A stretch of 64,000 nt of DNA from Limnothrix sp. BL-A-16 (GCA_041937175.2 CP166615.1:2944001-3008000); one strand, 5' to 3'; positions 52,185 to 64,000 are shown, numbered from the stretch's first letter. Numbers and translations are program-made. Notes: generated by a model not told the origin, from the letters alone.

Positions 52185-54386
52185 CTAACCAAAATAAATG
52201 AGTAAATTCAGACCTGGAATAGTTCGGGAAAGCGTCCACAAAAGCAGGCCGATATACATTAAACCCAACGTCCATTGATACCAAACTACCAAGGAAATTT
52301 CGGCGGGTAAATGTTCATCTCGCATCCGCACATCGCTAAACCCAATCCGAAAAAGATTGATGGCGCTGAGGTCGTAATAATTCAACCAGGCCCAACGCCG
52401 GTTCCACAGAAGCGGCATGAATCGTTCCCGAAAGAAGTGATAGCGGGGCATGAGGGGTAAACGGGCGATCGGGAGTTGCACTTGCCGAATTTCACCATTT
52501 TCCACAAAGTAGCTCACATCCATCAGGTCATGGAACCGGCCGCGCCAATAGAGCTTGATCAGCAGGGCGATCGGGATGGGGCCGATCGAGATGGCAACGC
52601 TGGCCAACGTCCACCAAGGGCGATCGCTGGTTTGGAAAATGGTCGCTAAACCCAGGCTGAACAACAGTCCGGCGCTGCTGCCCATCCAGAGGGTTTCGGG
52701 CCAGGTGGGCACGATCGGTTGGGGGCGCAACTTGCGGAGTCGATCGACCAACCAAAACCAAAGGGCAAAAAAGGTCATGGCCACCAACCCCACCCCCAAC
52801 ACGAGGCCGGCGCTGGTGCCGGCCCGACTCAGCAAAATCAACAGGTTGGTTCCCAGCCATTGCAGGGCGATCGTGCCCCAGGAGAGGGGCGTGCTGGTGC
52901 GATCGGCCGTGACCCGATCGCGCACTTTCACATAGGTTGCCAGGTCAACGCCCTCGATCGACAGCATTTCCGCCACGGTGCGCAGGGGTTGCCGATCGCG
53001 GGCTTGGGCGATCGCCTGGGCCTGGGTGGGCGAAAACCCGATCGACACCAACACCGCTGGCTTGGCCGCGTTCAGGTTCACCCCCGTGAGCCGCTGTTGC
53101 AGGGTCTTGAGCCGCAATTTAAACAGGGTGTAATCCACCTGGTTGGCATCCGCAATCTGTTCCACCCGCCGAAAATTCCGCACCAGGGTTCGCAAAACCG
53201 TTTCATTGCCCTGCAAAACCGGCACCGACAAAATGCGCCCAATTTCCCCGGGGGAGCCGATTAATTTTGCTTGGTCGCTGTCAAAGTCCAGCCCGGACAC
53301 GTTGATATAGGCTCCGGGGGCAAAACTAGCGCTGGTGAAGTCGGCTTCGTCCAGAATGGTGGCCCCGCGCAGGTTCAGGGGTTTGGCAAACCGAGCATTC
53401 CGAAAGGAGCTTTCGCCATGAAATAGGCTGTCGATCGCATAAAAGGAACTGGCAAAACTGGCCCCATCAAACCGCACTTCGCCTTGCCAGTCGGCTTGGG
53501 TGAGGTCGGCGCTGCCATTCCAATGGCTTTTGCTGAAGTTGGCGATCGCCTGAAATTGCGATCGATAAAAATTGGCTCCCCGCTCAAAGGTGCTGGACTG
53601 GAAGCTAGCATTTCCGGCAAACTTAGCCCCATCGAACCGCGCTTCGCCCGTGAATAGGCTGTTCCGAAACTGGGCACTTTGGGTCACCAAACCGGAAAAG
53701 CGGGCCCCTTGGCTGAAGCGGCTGAGGGAACCCACCAAGGCTCCGCCCAGGCTCAGGCCCCTGGCTTCCACCGGTTCCAAAAAATAGGTGTTGGCTAGGC
53801 GTAGGGAACCGCTAATTTGCAGACCTTCAAGGACGATCGGGCCGCGAAAAACGGAAATCTGCCAATCCAGGGGGCTGCCTTCATCGAGCAACAGCGATCG
53901 GGACAATCGGCTGAGGTGCAACAGCCGCAGTCGATCGCGCCCCAGTTGTTCCTGTTCCGTGGGGGTCAGCAAGGGCGATAGGGCCTTGCCATAGAGCGGC
54001 GCGCGCAGGCCCAACCGAGCCAAATCCAAATCGCCTTGGATGCTGGATCCGCGCAAGTCGAGGCCCAGGCGTTCCTGTTGCAACTTGCTGGCGACCTGTT
54101 GATAAAAGGCTTCCCGAAAGTTGCCATTGTCGCTGCGCAGGTCGATCGCACTCTGGCTGAGGTCGATCGCGGGCTTGCCATCCAACAGTTGGGGATGTTC
54201 CAGGCGATCGCGCAAGGACTCCAGGGTCAGGGCCGGGCGATCGACCGGAGCCGCCTGCACAGGACTGGCCGCCCACAGCCACCCACACCCGATCGCCAAA
54301 GCCCAGCAGATCCCCAGCCCCCAGATCCGCCAGCCCTTGAACCGTTGCTGAAATCCTATGTTTCGCCCAATTGCCACCCACGCCAT
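52185..54386 (-). CDS. Pentapeptide-repeat protein with ComEA-like HhH and C-terminal membrane domain
   Basis: Signal peptide, A.F..A.F repeats, VNLNAA..L..IG..A.AI...R..EGV HhH, several TM helices. Confidence 0.8.
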   Translation of the reverse strand: MAWVAIGRNIGFQQRFKGWRIWGLGICWALAIGCGWLWAASPVQAAPVDRPALTLESLRDRLEHPQLLDGKPAIDLSQSAIDLRSDNGNFREAFYQQVASKLQQERLGLDLRGSSIQGDLDLARLGLRAPLYGKALSPLLTPTEQEQLGRDRLRLLHLSRLSRSLLLDEGSPLDWQISVFRGPIVLEGLQISGSLRLANTYFLEPVEARGLSLGGALVGSLSRFSQGARFSGLVTQSAQFRNSLFTGEARFDGAKFAGNASFQSSTFERGANFYRSQFQAIANFSKSHWNGSADLTQADWQGEVRFDGASFASSFYAIDSLFHGESSFRNARFAKPLNLRGATILDEADFTSASFAPGAYINVSGLDFDSDQAKLIGSPGEIGRILSVPVLQGNETVLRTLVRNFRRVEQIADANQVDYTLFKLRLKTLQQRLTGVNLNAAKPAVLVSIGFSPTQAQAIAQARDRQPLRTVAEMLSIEGVDLATYVKVRDRVTADRTSTPLSWGTIALQWLGTNLLILLSRAGTSAGLVLGVGLVAMTFFALWFWLVDRLRKLRPQPIVPTWPETLWMGSSAGLLFSLGLATIFQTSDRPWWTLASVAISIGPIPIALLIKLYWRGRFHDLMDVSYFVENGEIRQVQLPIARLPLMPRYHFFRERFMPLLWNRRWAWLNYYDLSAINLFRIGFSDVRMRDEHLPAEISLVVWYQWTLGLMYIGLLLWTLSRTIPGLNLLIYFG

Positions 54387-55309
54387 ATCGCGTCTGCCAC
54401 CCGCACCACATCGCGCATTTGCTGAATATCATGCACCCGCACCCAGTCAGCCCCGCCGGCCACACAGGCCGCACAGGCCGCTCCGGTTCCCCAAACCCGC
54501 TGTTTCGGATCCGGTTGCTCCAGAATTTTGCCAATGAAGCTCTTGCGGGAGGGGCCCACCAAAAGGGGATGGCCCAGCGATCGCAAGCTGGGCAAATGTC
54601 GCAGGAGGGCGAGGTTTTGTTCGGCGGTTTTGGCAAAGCCAATGCCCGGATCGATCGCAATTTGGGCCGCCGAAATTCCCGCCTCGATCGCCGCCGCCAC
54701 CCGTTCCGCCAAGCTCGATCGCACAGCAATCACCACATCGGGCAACTGTTGACCAGGCAAATCACCCGCCCCACCCTGGCCCGCAAAATCACTGTAATCC
54801 GTAAGCTGCTGCATGGTTTGGGGTGTGCCGCGCAAATGCATCAAAATCACCGGCACACCCAAGGTTGCCACCGTGGGCAGCAAGTCCGGGTCATACAAGC
54901 CCCCAGACACATCATTCACCACATCGGCTCCCGCCTCGATCGCCGCGCGGGCTACAGCCGCCTTGGTCGTATCGATCGAAATGGGCAAATCCAACGGCGC
55001 AAAATCCCGCCACCCCCGCCGCAGGGCCGCAATCACCGGCACAACCCGATCGATCTCTTCCTGGGCAGAAACCGGCTGGGCATCGGGGCGCGTCGATTCT
55101 CCGCCAATATCTAACCAATCGGCCCCGTCCGCCGCCAGTTGGTGGGCCTGGGCGATCGCCGGTTCCAGTTGGTCAAATTGCCCCCCATCGCTAAAACTGT
55201 CGGGCGTGACATTCAGCACCCCCATCAAATAGGTGCGATCGCCCCAAGTCCAAGGGCGATCGCGCAAAATCCAAGGGGTCAAAGCACAGGCAGACAAGGG
55301 CACATCCAT
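54356..55309 (-). CDS. folP: Dihydropteroate synthase
   Basis: MGVLNVTPDSFSDGG, DIGGESTRP, DPGIGF, SRKSF, VRVHD. Confidence 0.97.
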   Translation of the reverse strand: MDVPLSACALTPWILRDRPWTWGDRTYLMGVLNVTPDSFSDGGQFDQLEPAIAQAHQLAADGADWLDIGGESTRPDAQPVSAQEEIDRVVPVIAALRRGWRDFAPLDLPISIDTTKAAVARAAIEAGADVVNDVSGGLYDPDLLPTVATLGVPVILMHLRGTPQTMQQLTDYSDFAGQGGAGDLPGQQLPDVVIAVRSSLAERVAAAIEAGISAAQIAIDPGIGFAKTAEQNLALLRHLPSLRSLGHPLLVGPSRKSFIGKILEQPDPKQRVWGTGAACAACVAGGADWVRVHDIQQMRDVVRVADAIWRGWQLGET

Positions 55310-55650
55310 TGGCGATAAATTGGCGATCGCTGGTTAGCGATCACTGGGTGACACCAGCACCTGAAAACAGGGCGCTTTCAACAAAAGCAAAAACGAGCGA
55401 TGAAAACCAACCGAATGGGTCAAAAAATCATCAAGCCGGAATCCACCCGGCCCATATCCACCCAGTCAAAACATGCTCAATCTTGACCTGGCCCCAACAC
55501 CAAATGCCCAACAAAAAAGGCAGCGAAGATCGCTACCTTTTACCTTGTGGACTGTTAGTCATCTGGGAGTGGAATGGCTCTCAGATCGGGGTTTTCGGAC
55601 TTTCGCCAAACAGTTCATGCTGAAGAGTTTTCATGGAAACTGTTTGCAAA

Positions 55651-55724
55651 TCGGAGCGGCGGGATTCGAACCCACGACCCCCACTACCCCAAAGTGGTGC
55701 GCTACCAAGCTGCGCTACGCCCCG
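55651..55724 (-). tRNA. trnP: tRNA-Pro(GGG)
   Basis: CGGGGCGTAGCGCAGCTTGGTAGCGC..CCACT-TTGGGGT-AGTGG..GGTTCGAATCC cloverleaf. Confidence 0.97.
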
Positions 55725-55888
55725 ATAGCCCAGTTACTATAGCATGTTTATTTGATTTGCCAAGGGCCCGGGTTAAATTTCTGTGTCCAAAGTGGCCAAG
55801 GGGGGTCGATCGAGCTGGCCAGTCCGGGCCGGCGCGTCCTCAGAAATGATCGATTGCCCATACCCCGATCGTCTTAACAAGGGGCTTA

Positions 55889-56076
55889 GAGGATGTCGTC
55901 ATTTCCATCGCCGTAGGGGTTGGGTCTCCCAACCCTAATCCGGGCGATCGCTACAACCCTGTTCACCCCTGGGAACACCCAAGATCACGGGAACTGGGCG
56001 AGGAGACCCCGCCCCTACGACTGATCGGTTGGGAGAACGAGATCATCAGAGTTTCAGGCGATCGGACGACAGGCCC
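55889..56076. mobile_element. MITE, family B ends with a GTAG-REP doublet as cargo
   Basis: Ends GAGGATGTCGTCATTTCC / TTTCAGGCGATCGGACGACAGGCCC; inverted REPs at 55913-55936 and 55996-56018; preceded by half palindrome CAAGGGGCTTA. Confidence 0.8.
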
Positions 56077-56104
56077 TTGTATGTGGAAGGCGGTGGAGCA
56101 GGAA

Positions 56105-57346
<1,242 letters not shown>

Positions 57347-57399
57347 GCTTTACATTTTGTCACTTTCAGACCCTTGCGCCTCCTCGGCGAACACAGTAT

Positions 57400-57756
57400 C
57401 TAGGATTCTTCGGGTTTCAGGGGCTTTTCCCGCCCATCTGGCCCTGGACGACCATTCCGGCTACCCAATTGACGGCGCACATCGTCGATCGCGTCATTCA
57501 ACTGAGCAATCTTGTCCTCCAGTCCTTGGCGCGCCGTTTCCATCCGGGCTTCACTGCTTTCGCTGGCGGCCAAACGAGGGCGACGGCGGGGACGCGGCGG
57601 CAGTTCGGCCCCGTCCCGATCGCCCTTCTCCGTCAGTTCTTCCAGTCCCTCATCGGAGTTGCGCGAGGCCAGGGCAGCCCCCACCAGGCCCCCCACAGCG
57701 CCCCCCAACAGGGCCCCCCAAAAAAATCCACTACCAAAACCCTCTCGGTTTGCCAT
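57400..57756 (-). CDS. YtxH-like hypothetical protein (Gly-rich TM + coiled coil)
   Basis: GFGSGFFWGALLGGAVGGLVG, LEDKIAQLNDAIDDVR; follows upp. Confidence 0.85.
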   Translation of the reverse strand: MANREGFGSGFFWGALLGGAVGGLVGAALASRNSDEGLEELTEKGDRDGAELPPRPRRRPRLAASESSEARMETARQGLEDKIAQLNDAIDDVRRQLGSRNGRPGPDGREKPLKPEES

Positions 57757-57915
57757 AACTCGCCCTGCGATGAAATTGCTGGAAACAATGTTACTTGGGA
57801 TGTTACTTGCGATCGGCGGGCCAATCAGAGCGATCAATGGGGTATCAATGCGGCGTATCAATGCGGCACTGAAGAGACCAGAACTGAAGAGACGGAAAGC
57901 CCTGAGCAAACACCC

Positions 57916-58569
57916 CTAGAAGGTTCCAAAGGCGCGATCGCCCGCATCTCCCAAACCCGGCACAATCCAGCCCTGATCATTCACGGACTCATCGATCGCC
58001 GCCGTGTAAATCACCAGACCGGGGAATTGCTGATTCAGGCGTTGCAGGGCCGGAGGGGCCGCCACGATCGAAATAATCCGAATTTGCTCCGGCGTGAGGC
58101 CCCGTTGGGTCAACTCCTTCATGGCCGCCTCGATCGATCCCCCCGTTGCCAACATCGGCTCTGAGATCAGCACCCGCGCCTCCGCCGGAAACTGTGCCGG
58201 TAATCGATTGAGATAGCAGGATGGCTCCAGGGTTTCCTCATTGCGCACCAAACCCAAGTGATAAACACTGGCCAGGGGCACTACTGGCAAAATCCCTTCC
58301 ATCAACGCCAACCCCGCTCGCAAAATGGGCACCACAGCCATGGGGGTTGCGGGCGAAATAAACGTTGCCGGGCAAGTGCCCAAAGGCGTTTCCACCTCTG
58401 CCGTTTCCATGGGCAACCATTCACGCACCGCCTCATAGGCCAGCCAACGCCCCAATTCCGTCAGCGCACTGCGAAACAAAGTCGGCGGCGTTTGGGCATC
58501 GCGCACCACACCCAACCAATGCTGAATGAGGGCATGGGGTGGCACGTAAACGCGAAGTTGCAACGGCAT
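57916..58569 (-). CDS. upp: Uracil phosphoribosyltransferase
   Basis: VPILRAGL, PMLATGGS, IVPGLGDAGDR.FGT. Confidence 0.97.
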   Translation of the reverse strand: MPLQLRVYVPPHALIQHWLGVVRDAQTPPTLFRSALTELGRWLAYEAVREWLPMETAEVETPLGTCPATFISPATPMAVVPILRAGLALMEGILPVVPLASVYHLGLVRNEETLEPSCYLNRLPAQFPAEARVLISEPMLATGGSIEAAMKELTQRGLTPEQIRIISIVAAPPALQRLNQQFPGLVIYTAAIDESVNDQGWIVPGLGDAGDRAFGTF

Positions 58570-58850
58570 GGGAAGAGCGAAGGGAAAGGTTTAAGGATCC
58601 ATCAACCCGGCCCAAAACCGCCGACAGCGGCCCAGAACCGCAATTCAGCGAATTCAAATTTGAGGGTTACGGGCAGATTCAGGTTGATTTTACCCGGTTG
58701 TTGGGACGGGCTGACCGCTGGCTAGATTGCGCCAACCTCGATCGCGCAAGGCTTGATCGCACAGAATCTGTGTACGCAATGCACAGCAAGGATCAGGGGC
58801 GGGGGAATTGTGGGGCGATCGGGGCGTGTTTGTGGGTGGAGGAGAATTCT

Positions 58851-58903
58851 AATGAGAATATCTTGCAAGAGAGTTGACAAAGATTCCTAGTAGCCGCTAT
58901 TGT
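58851..58903 (+). promoter_or_regulatory. sigma70 promoter with upstream Fur-like box
   Basis: TTGACA (58874) - N18 - TATTGT (58898); AATGAGAATATCTTGCAA just upstream. Confidence 0.65.
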
Positions 58904-58907
58904 ATTG

Positions 58908-58976
58908 AGCGTGTTCTTCTCTCTAGTAAACGGCGGGTGGGGCTAGTCTGCAATTGCGGATTAGTCCTTTTTTTTT
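58908..58976 (+). ncRNA. isaR1: IsaR1-like iron-stress sRNA
   Basis: About 68 nt, 5' GTGTTCTTCTCTCT seed, terminator hairpin plus T9, located between upp and crtH. Confidence 0.75.
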
Positions 58977-59203
58977 GGTTATTTTCCGGTTAAGACCAAG
59001 ACCCGATCGCCCCAACCACTTCAGCCCAGCCCGGCGATTCAGGTTCCACCTTGATCGATAAACTCTTGCAATAAATGCCGAAAAGCCGTTGGCACACCCC
59101 AACCGCGATCGGCTCCAAAATGCCCCAGAGGCAACAGCGCGATCGGCCTCCGGTGTTGAATGGTCAGGATCATCGAACGCCCAGCGATCGTGCAGAGCAT
59201 TCG

Positions 59204-59279
59204 CTTTGGGTGATTGATCAGTTTGGGTAATGGATCGGGTGATTAATCACTTTGGGTACTGGATCGCTTTGGGTGATTG
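59204..59279. repeat. Imperfect ~17-bp tandem repeats (TTTGGGTRATTGATC)
   Basis: About five degenerate units upstream of crtH. Confidence 0.6.
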
Positions 59280-59428
59280 CTTTGAACCTAATTGCTCGAT
59301 CGACTCGGGAAAACCAGCAGCAGCGGCATCTCTGGGCGATCGGGTTGGAGCCGCGCAACGAGAACGCTACACTCAAACATGGCCGCGCCCCTGGGCCTTG
59401 CCGTTGCTGTTTCGCCCTTTCCGTCGCC

Positions 59429-60985
59429 ATGACCGCCGTGGATAAGCCCTCGATCGCCCCGACCGCCACCGCCCTGCAAACCGACCCATTACCCCGTGAT
59501 TGGGATGCGATCGTCATTGGTTCCGGCATTGGCGGATTGGTCACGGCCACCCAATTGGCCGCCAAGGGAGCCAAGGTGCTGGTGTTAGAGCGCTACCTGA
59601 TCCCTGGCGGCAGCGCCGGTTATTTTGAGCGCGAGGGCTACCGCTTCGACGTGGGCGCATCGATGATTTTTGGCTTTGGGCAACAGGGCACAACCAACTT
59701 GCTAACCCGCGCTCTGGCAGCGGTGGGCCAAACGATCGAAACCATTCCTGACCCCGTGCAAATTCACTACCACCTTCCTAACCAACTGGAAGTGAAAGTG
59801 CATCGGGACTACGAACAGTTTTTGCAGGAGTTGGGCGATCGATTCCCCCACGAACGCCAAGGCATTCGCCAGTTTTACGACGAATGCTGGACCATCTTTA
59901 ACTGTCTGAATGCGATGGAGCTGCTATCGCTGGAAGAATTGCGCTATCTCATGCGGGTCTTTTTCCAAAACCCGTTGGCCTGTTTGGGCTTGGTGAAATA
60001 TTTACCCCAAAATGTCGGGGCGATCGCCCGGCGCTACATCAGCGATCCGGAACTACTGAAGTTCATTGACATCGAATGCTACTGCTGGTCAGTGGTTCCG
60101 GCGGATCTCACCCCAGCCATCAACGCAGGTATGGTTTTCAGCGATCGCCACTACGGCGGCATTAACTATCCCAAAGGCGGCGTGGGTCAAATTGCCCAAA
60201 AGCTGGTGGATGGGCTGGAAACCCACGGCGGCCGAATTCAATACAAAGCGCGGGTGACCCAAATTGTGACGGAAGGGGGCCGCGCCGTGGGTGTGAAGCT
60301 CGCTTCGGGCGAACTGTTGCGGGCCAAACGGGTAATTTCCAACGCCACCCGCTGGGATACCTTTGGCCAACTGCTCGATCGGGATCAACCCCTAGACGAA
60401 GATCGTTGGCAAGAACGCTATCAAAAATCCCCCAGCTTCCTCAGTGTCCACATGGGTGTGCGCGCCGATGCCCTGCCCGCTGGCACAGACTGCCACCACA
60501 TCCTAGTCAAGGATTGGGAACAGATGGAAGCCGCCTACGGCACGGTGTTTGTGTCAATTCCCACCCTGCTCGATCCAGACTTGGCCCCGCCCGATCACCA
60601 CATCCTGCATGTGTTTACCCCTTGCTGGATCAGCGATTGGCTCAATCTCAGCCCCGAAGACTACCAAGCTCAAAAGGAACAGAAAGCCCAAGAACTGTGC
60701 GATCGCCTCGCCCCGATCGTGCCCCAGTTAGACGCGGCGATCGACTACATCGAAATTGGCACTCCGCGCACCCATCGCCGTTTCCTGGGCCGAGTGGATG
60801 GTTCCTATGGGCCCATCCCCCGGCGCAAGCTTCCCGGTTTGCTCACCATGCCCTTTAACCGCACCGCCGTTAAAAATCTCTATTGCGTGGGCGACAGCAC
60901 TTTTCCCGGCCAAGGCCTCAACGCGGTGGCATTCTCCGGGTTCGCCTGTGCGCACAGCGTGGCGGCCGACCTAGGCTTGGTTTAA
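59429..60985 (+). CDS. crtH: Carotenoid cis-trans isomerase
   Basis: [55 protein letters not shown]. Confidence 0.95.
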   Translation: MTAVDKPSIAPTATALQTDPLPRDWDAIVIGSGIGGLVTATQLAAKGAKVLVLERYLIPGGSAGYFEREGYRFDVGASMIFGFGQQGTTNLLTRALAAVGQTIETIPDPVQIHYHLPNQLEVKVHRDYEQFLQELGDRFPHERQGIRQFYDECWTIFNCLNAMELLSLEELRYLMRVFFQNPLACLGLVKYLPQNVGAIARRYISDPELLKFIDIECYCWSVVPADLTPAINAGMVFSDRHYGGINYPKGGVGQIAQKLVDGLETHGGRIQYKARVTQIVTEGGRAVGVKLASGELLRAKRVISNATRWDTFGQLLDRDQPLDEDRWQERYQKSPSFLSVHMGVRADALPAGTDCHHILVKDWEQMEAAYGTVFVSIPTLLDPDLAPPDHHILHVFTPCWISDWLNLSPEDYQAQKEQKAQELCDRLAPIVPQLDAAIDYIEIGTPRTHRRFLGRVDGSYGPIPRRKLPGLLTMPFNRTAVKNLYCVGDSTFPGQGLNAVAFSGFACAHSVAADLGLV

Positions 60986-61012
60986 AGTCCCAATCCTATT
61001 CAGCCCCTTGCG

Positions 61013-61642
61013 CTAATTTGCCCCTGGGTGCTCGGCTCCCGATCGCACCCAATTCACAAAGGCCTTCATCGCCGTTGGTTGATTTTGGGGCTGAATAAAC
61101 TGTGCTAACTGTGCAATTTCCAAAGCGGGAAAAAATTCGCTGCGATCGGCAATTTGGATCTCATCCCCCCGCAGGTTATAGAGCGTGAGTTGTTGGTCTT
61201 GCCAAATCAACACCTCTGGCACCCCGATCGCTCGATAAATTGCCAACTTATCCAATCCACCGCTGGTTAGGTTCACTTCCACCGCTAAATCTGGTTGCGG
61301 CTTTAAGGTGCCAATGCAGTAGCACTCATCGGGTTCCAATCCTGCCGCTTTCGATGATTGCCGAAACGTTGTGGAGCCATAGGCATGAAGTGCAATCTCC
61401 ACTTCTTCTGCATAGCGTTCGAGCAATCGAGCGATCGCCTTTTTGATTAATTCATGCTCCGGCGATGGCATAAAAATTTCTAGAACCCCATCGAAATACA
61501 ACAGCCGCAAACCCGACTCATCTCCCACATGATCGAGCCAACAGCCATAGCGCTGCCAACTGATTCCCGGCATCAGCAACCGCTGATCCGATCGTCCAGC
61601 CTGAGGCAGAGTGGGTAAATCATCAGCCACCAAAGTAGTCAT
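61013..61642 (-). CDS. Uma2-family endonuclease-like protein
   Basis: ISWQ.Y, G.LEI.MPS.EHE, EPDECY, PDLAVEV, GVPEV. Confidence 0.92.
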   Translation of the reverse strand: MTTLVADDLPTLPQAGRSDQRLLMPGISWQRYGCWLDHVGDESGLRLLYFDGVLEIFMPSPEHELIKKAIARLLERYAEEVEIALHAYGSTTFRQSSKAAGLEPDECYCIGTLKPQPDLAVEVNLTSGGLDKLAIYRAIGVPEVLIWQDQQLTLYNLRGDEIQIADRSEFFPALEIAQLAQFIQPQNQPTAMKAFVNWVRSGAEHPGAN

Positions 61643-61647
61643 CAGCT

Positions 61648-62142
61648 CTAAAAAGAACGGGACTGAAAAAGCTGGGAAACGGGCAACGAAAACCCAGGAA
61701 TAATTTCTTCGCCGTCTAATTGATCGGTCAATTTCAAGAGGCGATCGGGTTCCGTTGCCGATCGATATACCAACACATAATTTTGACGCGGATTAATCAC
61801 CCAGATCAACCGAGCACCATTTTCAAAATATTCAATGAGTTTCTCGTCGATTTCCTCGATCATATTGGTCGGCGAGAGAATTTCAATCACCAGATCCGGT
61901 GCACCCTCCAAGAACCCGATCGGCAAGTCATCCAATCCCTGAAGCCGTTCCTTGGCAAAGAAAGAGATATCAGGCGATCGCTTGTTGCCATTCTTCATCT
62001 TGAAGGCGGTGCTGGAATCAAACAACGCGCCCAACTTTTGAGCCGCCACCACCGTAAACAAAGCCGCACTCAGCACGATCGCTCGATAGCTATCTTTTGC
62101 GCCCAACTTGTCCGTATCACTGCAACGATCCTGCGAGTCCAT
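61648..62142 (-). CDS. Uma2-family protein, apparently 5'-truncated
   Basis: RSPDISF, GAPDLVIEILSP, EYFENGARL.W; lacks the usual N-terminal E...G.L segment. Confidence 0.75.
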   Translation of the reverse strand: MDSQDRCSDTDKLGAKDSYRAIVLSAALFTVVAAQKLGALFDSSTAFKMKNGNKRSPDISFFAKERLQGLDDLPIGFLEGAPDLVIEILSPTNMIEEIDEKLIEYFENGARLIWVINPRQNYVLVYRSATEPDRLLKLTDQLDGEEIIPGFSLPVSQLFQSRSF

Positions 62143-62233
62143 CAGGTCGGGAAGCCTTGTGGGACAATCAATGCGATATCGATGCGATACATTATAAAAC
62201 CGCCAACCGTTGCCCCCAGGAGGATCGATCGCC

Positions 62234-64000
62234 GTGGACGCTCGCTATAACCCCAACGAAATCGAAGCAAAGTGGCAAGCCGTTTGGGCCGAGCAAAACG
62301 CCGATCGCACGCCTGATCTAGACGATCGCACCCCAACGCCCAAAAAGTTTTACGCCCTGTCGATGTTCCCCTACCCCTCGGGGAATTTGCACATGGGCCA
62401 TGTCCGCAACTACACGATCACCGATGCGATCGCCCGGGTGCGACGGATGCAGGGCTACCAGGTGTTGCACCCGATGGGCTGGGATGCCTTTGGGTTGCCT
62501 GCTGAGAATGCGGCGATCGATCGGGGGGTGCATCCCGCCGTTTGGACGGAGCAAAACATCGCCCAAATGAAGGGCCAGCTCCAGCGCTTAGGTCTTTCCT
62601 ACGATTGGGAACGGGAAGTGGCCACCTGCCGCCCGGACTATTACCGCTGGACTCAGTGGATTTTCCTGCAATTTTTCGCCGCCGGTTTGGCCTACCAAAA
62701 GGAAGCCACGGTGAATTGGGACCCGATCGACCAAACCGTTTTGGCCAACGAACAGGTAGACAGCGAGGGCAAATCCTGGCGATCGGGCGCATTGGTTGAA
62801 AAGCGGCTGTTGCGTCAGTGGTTTTTCAAAATCACCGACTATGCCGAACAATTGCTGACGGATTTGGACAAGCTGACCGGCTGGCCTGATCGCGTGAAAA
62901 CCATGCAGGCCAACTGGATTGGCAAATCTACCGGAGCCTTGCTGGACTTCCCGATCGTCGGTAACGATGCCCTGGCCGGCGAAAAAATCACCGTCTTTAC
63001 CACCCGCCCCGATACGGTCTATGGCGTGACCTACGTGGTGTTGGCTCCCGAGCATCCCTGGGTGGCCCAGGTGACGACGAGCGATCGCCGGGAAGCCGTG
63101 GAAGCCTTTGTGCAGGAAATTTCCGCCCAAAGCGAAATCGATCGCACCGCCGACGACAAACCCAAGCGCGGCATCCCCACAGGCGGCACGGCGCTGAATC
63201 CCTTTACCGGGGAAGAAATCCCGATTTGGATTGCCGATTACGTGCTCTACGAATACGGCACGGGCGCGGTGATGGGTGTGCCCACCCACGATCAGCGGGA
63301 CTTCCAATTCGCCAAAAACAACGGTTTGCCCCTGAAGGTAGTGATCGTGCCGGAAGCGGGCGCGTCGGCCGATGCGGCGGCCCTGACGGCGGCCTATACC
63401 GAAACGGGCCTGCTGGTAAACTCGGGTCAATTTGACGGCATACCTTCCCCCGAAGCCAAAGCCAAAATCACCGAATTTGCCGAGGCCCAAGGCTGGGGCA
63501 AAGCCAAGGTGCAATACCGGCTGCGGGATTGGCTGATTTCTCGCCAGCGCTATTGGGGTGTGCCGATCCCGATCGTCCATTGCCCCAACTGCGGCGCAGT
63601 GCCCGTACCTGACGATCAGTTACCGGTGGAACTGCCCAGCAATGTGCAGTTTTCCGGGCGCGGCCCCTCGCCCCTGGCCAAGCTGGACGAGTGGGTGAAC
63701 GTGCCTTGCCCCACCTGCGGCACACCGGCCAAGCGGGAAACGGACACCATGGACACCTTCATCGATTCCTCCTGGTATTTCCTGCGCTACCCCGATGCGC
63801 GCAACGAGTCCGCGGCCTTCGACCCGGCCAAGACCAACGCTTGGGCCCCCGTCGATCAATACGTGGGGGGCATTGAGCACGCAATTTTGCACCTGCTCTA
63901 CTCGCGCTTTTTCACGAAAGTGCTGCGCGATCGCGGCTTGCTCAACTTCGACGAACCCTTCAGCCGCCTGCTGACCCAGGGTATGGTGCAAGCCATGGCC
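62234..64000 (+). CDS. leuS: Leucine-tRNA ligase (runs off the window)
   Basis: GTG start; [62 protein letters not shown]. Confidence 0.97.
   Translation, partial: MDARYNPNEIEAKWQAVWAEQNADRTPDLDDRTPTPKKFYALSMFPYPSGNLHMGHVRNYTITDAIARVRRMQGYQVLHPMGWDAFGLPAENAAIDRGVHPAVWTEQNIAQMKGQLQRLGLSYDWEREVATCRPDYYRWTQWIFLQFFAAGLAYQKEATVNWDPIDQTVLANEQVDSEGKSWRSGALVEKRLLRQWFFKITDYAEQLLTDLDKLTGWPDRVKTMQANWIGKSTGALLDFPIVGNDALAGEKITVFTTRPDTVYGVTYVVLAPEHPWVAQVTTSDRREAVEAFVQEISAQSEIDRTADDKPKRGIPTGGTALNPFTGEEIPIWIADYVLYEYGTGAVMGVPTHDQRDFQFAKNNGLPLKVVIVPEAGASADAAALTAAYTETGLLVNSGQFDGIPSPEAKAKITEFAEAQGWGKAKVQYRLRDWLISRQRYWGVPIPIVHCPNCGAVPVPDDQLPVELPSNVQFSGRGPSPLAKLDEWVNVPCPTCGTPAKRETDTMDTFIDSSWYFLRYPDARNESAAFDPAKTNAWAPVDQYVGGIEHAILHLLYSRFFTKVLRDRGLLNFDEPFSRLLTQGMVQAMA

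Noticed and set aside
55651..55724. tRNA-Pro as an integrative element attachment site
   Set aside because: No integrase and no duplicated tRNA 3' end seen in the window
55309..55849. Short ORFs around the tRNA
   Set aside because: They overlap tRNA-Pro and its terminator/promoter region

Overview
Chromosomal window from a beta-cyanobacterium (HIP1/CGATCG-rich, with carboxysome ccmK, cmpABCD, glsF and crtH). The housekeeping backbone is murD, mltA, cmpABCD, guaB3, tldD/pmbA, kdpAB-(G/F)-C with a divergent two-component pair, ccmK3, glsF, photolyase, folK, iscS, rpsN, folP, tRNA-Pro(GGG), upp, crtH and leuS (runs off the window), plus the sRNAs Yfr1 and IsaR1. Accessory content includes an MmeI-like fused restriction-modification gene, three PIN-type TA modules (two of them a tandem duplication with a swapped interface), an AT-rich membrane-protein + HEPN gene pair, a stand-alone long prokaryotic Argonaute with an intact DEDD tetrad, four Uma2 genes and several MITE/REP families. 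The most informative locus is an IS110 element (56078-57401). Its 5' non-coding end reads as a bridge RNA whose guide segments match the element's own donor junction (ACAGTAT-CT-TGTAT) and a target ACAGGCC-CT-AAGCC. That target is the junction between a MITE terminal repeat and a dispersed 20-bp palindrome, and near-perfect empty target sites occur elsewhere in the window. All calls are from reading the sequence; no database searches or computations were run.
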